DNA from: the human T2T-CHM13v2.0 reference genome, Homo sapiens
Assembly: GCF_009914755.1 (NCBI RefSeq)
Contig: NC_060929.1
Length of the DNA stretch: 64,000 nt
Reading direction: 5' to 3' (one strand)
Position 1 is the first letter of the stretch; each line of letters begins with the position of its first letter. The position numbers were made by a program, and so were the translations under genes. This document shows positions 55,581-64,000 of this stretch, in pieces. The notes beneath the pieces are model-generated. The model was given only the letters and a program-made list of their open reading frames with translations. It was not told the origin of the DNA and searched no databases.

Positions 55581-56133
55581 CACCCACACACGCACCAGTT
55601 TAAAATAGCCCCCACCACCCCAGGGGTTTTTCACTTTCTCCAAGTCCTTCAGGATTTTGTAAGGGAGACAGGATGGGAAGCCACATTTATTCAACATTTT
55701 TGTCAAAACCATAGTCAGCCCGGGATTTTTTTTAACCTCTGAATAACTGTCTAACTCATTTCCTTTCTTTCTGCACTTTGTCTCACATGAGCTGTCATAT
55801 CCCTCTGGGGCCGATTTACTTTAGCTCCCATGTTCTCACTAACTCTCAATTCTGTATTGCTTGCTGAAAGCTTTATTTTCCCAGGAGGCTGAAGCTGAAT
55901 GAGTCCTCTGAAGACCCAGCCAGAGCCAAGTAGAGGTGTGCTGGCTCTGCAGAGACAACAGGACCCCTGGGCATGGGGGATGGCAATATTTTCCATGGGA
56001 CCAAAGTCTGCTCTGTGAGTCCCACAGAATCCCCCATCATTTCTCAGGTCCTAGGCCCCCACCCCACCAGACAGTTGAAGTATGTGGGATGGGGTAGGAG
56101 CCAAGGTGAGCAGTGGTGGTGCAACTCTTCCTT

Positions 56134-56172
56134 TTGAAAGCTACCTGAGTGATTCCAAAAATGCCTGTTCTC

Positions 56173-56209
<37 letters not shown>

Positions 56210-56411
56210 TCTGCCAGCTCAGGCAATCTCATTTTCTTCACCTAAGTCTTCAACCACCATTGAAAGCTACCTGAGTGATTCCAAAAATGCCTGTTCTCTT
56301 TTACACACACACACACACACGCACACACACACGCGTGCGTGCACACAAACACACACGCACACCTGCCAGCTCAGGCAATCTCATTTTCTTCACCTAAGTC
56401 TTCAACCACCA
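56134..56411 (+). repeat. Tandem duplication of a (CA)n-containing unit (126 bp + 152 bp)
   Basis: Copies 56134-56259 and 56260-56411; non-CA flanks identical except one base. Confidence 0.95.
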
Positions 56412-56758
56412 TTTACTTCTCTGATAACATCCAAATCTCTGTCTTCAGACACATTTCAGACTGTTCAAGGGGCATCTCTAGAGAGATGCCATATACTAAA
56501 TCCCAAATTTGTTTTCTTCCCCCAAAACCTAACTGTTTTTTGTCTGAATTTTCAGTGTTGATGAAAAGTGGCATCATACATTAAGCTCAAATCCAAAACA
56601 TCAGAATCTCTCCCTCCTTCAGGCTCATTTCCAATCTATCTCAAAGTTCTACAACTTCTAGGTTTATAATATCTGCAACATGTATTCTCCTTCTTTATGT
56701 CCAAGATCACCATCTGAGTCTCAGACCTTCCTCATTTTTTCATGTAGATTACTGTCCA

Positions 56759-56981
56759 TGTTAGTTATCCATTGCTGTGTAGCAAAGTATCTCAAAACTC
56801 AGCGGCATAAAACAGCGAATATTTATCTCACAGTTTCTCAGGATCAGGAATTCTAGGATAGTTCACTCATATAGCTCTTGGTCGACACCCCAGACTCTTG
56901 CTGGCTGTTGTCAGGAGTTTTCAGTTCCTCACCATGTGGACCTCTCCACAGGGCTATTCAATATGGCAGTTGGCTTCCCCC

Positions 56982-56990
<9 letters not shown>
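56759..56990 (-). mobile_element. MLT1 (E/F/H-like) LTR fragment followed by (GA)n at 56988-57053
   Basis: tgttagttatccattgctgtgtagcaaagtatctcaaaactcagcggcataaaac...cctctccacagggct. Confidence 0.7.
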
Positions 56991-57022
<32 letters not shown>

Positions 57023-57484
57023 GGAAGGAGGGAGGAAGAGAGAGAAAGAGAAGAATCTGATTATCATAGGGTGAGGAGCAAACCACACATATTGAAAGGC
57101 ACAACAAAACTAGCTTGCTTCTTCAAGAAACTGATCAGTGAAGGGAAGGAGTAATATATTAAGGCCAAGAGAGGGTATCAGGATTTTTAAGTTTCTTTGC
57201 CTGTACATGAAATAGCCCTGGCCTTTGTCTTCTCCCATTTCTAATTTACTTTGTTTACTTTTCGTTGAACTTCTGACTCTTTTGCTCATCTTTGCCTTTA
57301 ATCTGTGATTTCTTTCATCTGTTAGTAGGCAGCCCTCTCCTCAACATAGAATTATCAGGTATTACATTTGTATGGACCCGGAAATCATCCAACTTGGTTT
57401 GTTAGAATAGTGGGTAAATTGAGCAGGAAGCACATTCCAGGGATGATTTGGAGGCAGAGTTTGGAGGGGACCTCTTCTCTGCAT

Positions 57485-57720
57485 GTAATGTAGTATGAAC
57501 TTCAGACTGCTTAGGCTTGAATACTGGTCCACTGTTGTTAGCTGGGTAAACTCGGACAAAAGTTATTCAATCTTTCTAAGCCTCAGTTTTATTATCGTTA
57601 AAAACAGGGTAATATTAATAGACCCTCCATGGTGTTATCATGAAGATTCAATAGATGACTCATTTAAAGTGCTAGCCACAAGGTCTGGCTTGTATTAAAT
57701 GCTCAAAGATACTAGCTATA
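57485..57720 (+). mobile_element. MIR
   Basis: cagactgcttaggcttgaatactggtccact...gcctcagttttattatc... Confidence 0.75.
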
Positions 57721-57819
57721 ACTATTTATAAAGTGCAGGAGTAGTGTATGGACACGGTGGTAATGTTTTTGACTGCTCAGTGACGTTTTCTTCCCTCTTT
57801 CTGATTCTCAGGTTCTAGA

Positions 57820-58456
57820 ATTATGTTATCCCAAACAGTAGCCACTGGCCACATGTGCCTGTTGAGCACTTGAAATGTGGCTAGTCCAAATTGAGAAGTT
57901 GTGCTATAAGTGTATAATACACACTGGACTTCAAAGACTTATCTTTAAAAAGAATGTAAAATATTCCATTAAAAAGTTCACATTGATTACATGTTACAAT
58001 GACATTTTAGATATAACGGTTTAAATAAATTATATTGTTAAAATTAACATTATCAGTTTTTGTTTTGTTTTATTTTGTTTTCTGAGATGGAGTCTCGCTC
58101 TGTCGCCCAGGCTGGAGTGCGGTACCTCAATCTCGGCTCACTGCAACCTCCACCTTGCGGGTTCAAGTGATTCTTGTGCCTCTGCCTCCCGAGCGTCTGG
58201 GACTACAAGCGTGTGCCACCACATCCGGCTAACTTTTCTATTTTTAGTAGAGATGGGGTTTCACCATGTTGGCCAGGCTGGTTTCAAATTCCTGACCTCA
58301 AGTGATCTGCCCACCTCAGCCTCCCAAACTGCTGGGATTACAGGTGTGAGCCACCACGCCTGGCCTGTCATCAGTTTTTAAAGAATTTTTCTTAATGTGG
58401 CTATTAGAAAGTTTAAAATTGTCTATAAGGTTTACATTATATTTCTTTTGAGCAGT
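57820..58456. mobile_element. MER33 (hAT-Charlie) split by Alu
   Basis: gtagccactggccacatgtgcctgttgagcacttgaaatgtggctagt...taatgtggctattagaaagtttaaaatt. Confidence 0.8.
58058..58365 (-). mobile_element. AluS, antisense in FAM81B intron 3
   Basis: Full dimer; atcagttttt repeated on both sides. Confidence 0.92.
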
Positions 58457-58849
58457 TTTATAAAGATGAAATTACAGAGCTACTAAATTAAAAAGAAGTA
58501 ATATATTTCTATATTTTATTTACCTGCATAGCATGAGCCCCTCTTCTTCCTTTATAAGCCAACCAGATTCTGCTGACCTTCACTGGGCAGTTGAAGCCTC
58601 GCCATCCACACACACTGATCCTTGTGAGCAACCATCCATCACTAGGGTAATAAAATTATATCTGTGGCCAAACTTTAGCCAGCTTCTGGCATTGCCCAAA
58701 AAAACTTAGCTACAGATTAATCCTCAGAAAGCAAACAACCAACAGGGAAGAAACAAACTTCTTATTTTTTAAATTCCTTTGGCAGAGATACTTGATATCA
58801 AATTGGAGGTAAAAAGGAGGAAAATTGCATATGGCAAATACCACCAGTA

Positions 58850-59328
58850 GTCAATCCAGTAGACGTTTTCTCCTTCCTCTTTGCTAATAAAAGTCCCAAT
58901 TTTGTTTAAGGCTACAAACAAAACAAAATAAGGTATAAGAGGTGGCTATATGACATAGCTTCAGCCAATGAAATATAGACAAAAGTGTCATAGTGAGTCT
59001 TTTAGAAAGGCTATCTCGATTTAAAAAAGGACGGGTGGGGACAAACTCAACAGATGCACACATTTTATTTTACTTTTTGCCTTCTGTCTTTTCTATCGGG
59101 AATGGGGACACAATAGTTCAAGGTGGAACAACAACCTTGAGACCTGAGGGTAAAGGTCACATACTATGAGTGGGCCAGGAAGCCGGAAGGAGCTGGGCAC
59201 CTGATGACTTCCTCAGTCAGCTGCTCTACCTCTCCACTTCTTGTTACTTGAGCCAAACAAACCCTACTTGCTTCAGTCACTCTCTCTGGATTTCTGATAA
59301 ACACAGCTAAACACAACCCCAGCTGAAA
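58850..59328 (+). mobile_element. Old MLT1 (I/J-like) LTR
   Basis: cagccaatgaaatatag...ggaaggagctgggcacctgatgac...cacagctaaacacaaccccagctga. Confidence 0.55.
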
Positions 59329-60141
59329 CCCGCAGTCCAGAAAATGCTAATGTTCACAATCTGGCCCTAAAATCTGCTGTCCCGAGGACATTTTCACTTC
59401 CAAGAAAATCTGTCACTATTGGCCTAAAGCAAATAGTTATTTTGGCTCATGCAATGGGAACAAGCATGAATTATTTGGCCTTGGCTTTTTATGATCCAGC
59501 ATATATAATAGTCATTTTTAAAAGATATATACTATATATCTATACATCTACATAAGTATATAGGTACAAATATATATTTCCAAGAGGGCAGGGGCTTTAT
59601 CTGTCGTATTCATCATTTTATTTCCAGGCCCTAATAAAGGCCAAATCTCCTTTTCCTTAAGGCTGACTTCTCTTTCCAGTGATCTTCACAACATAATTTG
59701 CTACCATTCAGAGGCGGCAACATGGAAAACATCCTAGGCTAAGTTACAGGTGACCTAGAGCTAATCCTGGCTCTACCAAATAAATAGTTCTGAGACATTG
59801 AAACATTTCTTCAAATAAAAATTCGTGCAGAAATTCAGTGTACTAAGCAGGTAAGATTAAAGAGAGAAAACCCGCAGCCCCTTCTACTGGGTCACAGGAT
59901 AGTAAGAAATCCCCAAGAAATTTAATAGCATTAAAGACAAATTTAAAGTAAACCTCTCACTCAGTTATATAGATTTGAAGGAATGTTGTCATGTTCATGT
60001 ATAAAAAATGTGACTTGGTATAGGGTCAGAAATCAGTACACATAAGGGCTTTGGAAATAACCTGTATTTGGGGACTATATAAGCAAGTGTTTTAACACAT
60101 GGGCTTTGGATGACCTAGGACCAGTTAACTATTCCATTAAC

Positions 60142-62304
60142 GGGTTTGATAATCCCAAAAAAACACAATCCTGAATGTCATAATACCAAATGTGGAAATC
60201 CCAAAAAGATCTAAATCCCCAAAATATAATTCTGGAAAAAATAATTTAAAAGACATTTCTTCACATTTATAAAAGGAGATTTATTTTAGAAACATATAAA
60301 AACATGACAGAGCATTTCACAGGCCACTTTACATAATAAAATAGGCAATAGTAACATTTGTATTTTTACAAGCATAAACATACAGGTATACTAACAACAG
60401 TCATATGGGTATAATGTTATAAGTGGATGAACCATATTCATAAAGAAATAAGTCAAGATTCAAAATGTATAAATGCATAACACTATGGTAATTTTATGCA
60501 ACCAGCTTTATAACTGTAGTCATCTGAAACACCATGACGATAACCTAAGTCTTTTGATAAGATTGATCCAAAACTTCAATGAGTCACTACGGCATATGCA
60601 ATTGCACAAAGAGCTGAGATCTTAAGAAATTTTATCTTTCACAAATGCAGTTGTACAAAAAAGGACATCTCTTCATTTATTGGGGAAGTTTCAACATTTT
60701 TACATACACAATGCTTACACACAAAGTCAATGTTGTGATAATGCACTTTTGTGGAGTCAAATTGACAAAATATACATAAAACAAATTAGAACTTTCTGAA
60801 AGTCTTTATACAATTTATACTCCAGTACTGCAAATGATGTGAAGATGAAATACACAGCATAGCAAATTGTGAAAAGTAATAATAACAATGCTGACAATTT
60901 AAGATAGTGGGAAAGAACTAGAAAGAAAATTCAACGTTTGAAAAAGTATATTACAGGGATACATTATGGGCAATTGCCTGGAGGTAGTCCATTAGAGCTG
61001 GCCAACATTCACAGTCATATTTTGAAGTCTTGCATGGCAATGAATTGCTGCTTTTTTTTTTAAGACATGACTCTCGTCAGAGAATATGTTCACATTTCAT
61101 TCCTTTTCCACATAGCACTGCTCTTTTTGAAATTCTTCTATGATTCGACATACACCAACATGAGCAATCCCTATTAAATATTTCCATCTTTGCATAATTT
61201 TTCTATGCTGTTTTCGGTACACAGAAATTCATTCCACATGCACTCATATGCAGAAGCAATACTGATAATCAAATAGTCACACTATTGTGTGTCTTCTTAT
61301 CTTACTATGTGCATAATTATATTTGAACCAGTTGGTAACTTTGCTGGCTTCTTCAGGCAAATGTGGCTTTAATTCATTAAAATTTCCTAAAATGTCATTA
61401 GCTGGGAGGAATGCCACTGCAAACAAATGAAATATTTTTAAACCATATGGGGTGGCCAATTCACTTGTCTGAATTTTTCACCATATGCATTGGGCTGAAT
61501 GACAAAAACAAATTTTATTGATGACACCTTGAGATTCACTTTTAGAAGCCTTGAAGGGACTTAATTCCAAATCTGTCATGGTTTGGGGATTCTACTAAAA
61601 TCCATTTTCTTCTGCAAAGTCCACCAAATCTTCAAATAAATGTTTATAAAGTGCTTTACTTTTTCCAGTCATTAATATATAAAGAAGCAGGTAAGTTCAA
61701 GAATGTTTGGATCCAACTGGGGCATGATGGCATACAGTTGATAAGAAAGATGGGGACGATTTTCAAAGTGTCATTCCTCAGCCAAAGTGAAGGATGCACT
61801 AGGTTGTCTATGTTAGATTTAGTGGCAAATATAGGAAGTCTATCTTCTTTGACAGTCAAATCCCAAACTAAGAATATTTCATCACTCAATGAGTTTCAGA
61901 ACACTGGAGGAACCTCTATATCGGCAAGCATCTTTGGTTCAGAATGTTGCTCAGCTTGTGGAATTCTTTTTATTCTCTGATGAAGAGTGTTTTTTGAAGG
62001 CAAGCATGGCACTATGTGTGAAGGGGCAGAAGTCATACATGATTGAATCATTTGACAGGGGACATTTGTTATATTTTTCACCTGTGTTTTTACTTTTTCT
62101 ATGATTTTCGAAACACTCAAAACATTGAGAATAGATCTTTCTCACGTTGTGCACTCAGACTCACACACTAATCTCCTCTGGAAACACCCTCACAAGATAC
62201 ACTGCTTCACCAGGTTCTAGGTATCCCTTAATCCAGTCAAGGGATTTTAAACTTTAGGAATTTCAATGTTTGAGATTATGTCTTTTGGGATTATGATTGG
62301 TACC
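60142..62304 (-). mobile_element. Ricksha-type MULE/MuDR DNA transposon with decayed transposase and MLT2B-derived segment
   Basis: TIRs gggtttgataatcccaaaa...acacaatc / gattatgtcttttgggattatgattggtacc; minus-strand ORFs 61277-61459, 61656-61889 and 61896-62120 resemble MULE transposase; 62155-62240 resembles the MLT2B LTR. Confidence 0.85.
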
Positions 62305-62853
62305 ATTCATGAACTAATTTCCTTAACTATGAAATTAGAATAATTCTGTTAGACAATATGAAAATGTACAATGTGAATCTCTAAGGGAGAGACATCATAT
62401 GCAAGGTTTTCTAAGTGTATTTGATCATAGAATTCTTTTGTGGTGGCCTATCCTCCTGACTCCTATTCCAGGACTCACACCTTGGAAAACGCTCTAACAC
62501 AGTCACTTTTGCAACTTTATAGTTATAAAAACTTAATTTTTTCTACGTTAAAGTAGAATTTTCATAAGGGGTATATAAAGGCGTCAGTCTTGGAAGAAGG
62601 CTTCTAACATCTTCTTTCATGAATGCCTCTACCCACTCCTAACTACCACCAATTGGCTTGAAGCATGAAAAGTGCATCTGCTTCTTAGATGAGACCTTCA
62701 CCAAATTCTAACCATGGCAAGTGCTTAAAATCCTATCAAACTTCTCACAGGGCAAAAATAAAGGATCAGAAGTGAGGATTCTAGTTCTGGTTCCTGGCTC
62801 CTCCAGCTCATTCTTGTAATGCCCTGGTGTTTCCTTTTCCTTTTTCTGATCAG

Positions 62854-63097
62854 GAGTCATGCTTTTCTCCCCATCATTCCAAACACCCAGAGAGGTCAGC
62901 TAGAAGACAGACTGAACAACCAGGCGCGTACCATAGCTTTCCTTCTTGAACAAGCCTTCCGCATCAAGGAGGACATCTCTGCTTGCCTGCAGGGGACCCA
63001 TGGCTTTCGAAAAGAGGAATCGCTCGCCAGGAAGTTACTGGAAAGCCACATCCAGACCATCACCAGCATCGTCAAAAAACTCAGCCAAAATATTGAG
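62854..63097 (+). CDS. FAM81B: FAM81B coding exon 4 (SHAFLPIIPNTQRGQLEDRLNNQARTIAFLLEQAFRIKEDI...KLSQNIE); gene continues beyond window
   Basis: Polypyrimidine tract + cAG|G acceptor; donor GAG|GTAGTT at 63098; 244 nt; FAM81-family QLEDR...AFRIK coiled-coil start. Confidence 0.95.
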
Positions 63098-63439
63098 GTA
63101 GTTCTCTTTTTGTTTTATTTTGTTTTTGTTTTGTATTTTGGCAGCATTGCTTGATAAAGATTATCAACCATCAGTGTCATTTTTCAAGTGCAGAAATATA
63201 TCACTATTGCTTAAGTTTAGATGATTACATTTTAGTGGTCTAAGAGGGAAACAGTTCAATTTTTCAGCTGTTCATTTATGCCAAAAAGTAGAAGGAACTT
63301 CTATTCAAAAAATATTTACTGTATATTTATTTTGTGACAACAAAGACATTATGTCAGACATTGTGCTAAGATGCTTATGTTAGCCTAAATCTCCAAGATT
63401 CTATTAATGCAATAACTTCAAATAGAGGTTTTCATAATG

Positions 63440-63965
63440 CACATCAGTAACGCTCCATTGTATAGCCATTGCAATCTGATGCCAGCAATTTCTCTAGCCC
63501 CGTCTTCTACCCTTCTTTCCTTCACTCTGGCCACACTGGCCTCCCAGCTGTTCCTAGGACATTCCAAACACATTCTGGCCTTGGGGTCTTTGCACTCATA
63601 ATTCACTCTGGCTGGATCATCTTCCCCTAGATATTCCTATGCAACGTGCTTCATTCCTCCAGGTTTCTGTTCAAATATAGCCTCGTAACAGAGGATTTGC
63701 ATGACATTTTATAAAATAGCACCTCTACCCACATGGTTTCAATCTCCCTTAAAGCCTACTTTATTTTTTTTGTCACATAGCACTCATTGCAAACTACCAT
63801 GGTCTATATTTGATTCCTGTTTGTTTTCTCTTTCTAAGATATAATCTCTATAAAGTCAAAGAGTTTGTTTTCTTCATGCTAAATCCCATATCCCATACCA
63901 GACAACAGTGGTGTTGTAGTCAGCACTCTAAATATTCCTTAAATTGATGAATGAATAAATAAATT
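63440..63965 (+). mobile_element. L2 (L2a-like) 3' end
   Basis: ggccacactggcctccc...ggccttggggtctttgcact...gcactctaaatattcc...tgaatgaataaat. Confidence 0.8.
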
Positions 63966-64000
63966 AATTTTAAGGCATTAGAGTAAAAATAGAGTTTCTC

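Noticed and set aside
56082-56561. 159-aa ORF with an internal repeat
   Set aside because: By-product of the tandem duplication and (CA)n.
62819-63154. ORF-track start (MPWCFLFLFLIR) as the protein N-terminus
   Set aside because: The leading residues come from the intronic polypyrimidine tract; the exon is 62854-63097.

Overview
Hominid (most likely human) nuclear genomic DNA, AT-rich and dominated by interspersed repeats. The only protein-coding gene I can support is the 5' part of FAM81B on the + strand: coding exons 1-4 at 40292-40415, 41696-41799, 45016-45080 and 62854-63097 splice in frame into 179 codons (MQLQFLGTLASSEKRKK...SIMSSDTNVNK...NQEKKVRLSPAK...VEYVDKSHAFLP...KLSQNIE). The identification rests on my recollection of the protein; the human gene lies at chr5q15 near MCTP1. 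The first ~40 kb looks intergenic. Almost all other ORFs in the track are L1, Alu, LTR, transposase or microsatellite artefacts. Repeats include a full-length decayed L1PB, several L1PA/L1MA pieces, 8 Alus, MaLR/ERVL/ERV1 solo LTRs, Tigger3, MER5/33/81, a Ricksha (MULE) element, MIR and L2. Subfamily names are by eye, without an alignment tool. I see no new multi-gene system. The best leads are: (i) the FAM81B splice layout, with a GC donor joined to an exon that itself begins with a 5' splice-site motif (AG|GTAAGA, recursive-splice-like); (ii) a ~370-bp inverted duplication with a 57/58-identical core; (iii) an L1 3' transduction bounded by a perfect 17-bp TSD; (iv) several local templated rearrangements and tandem duplications.
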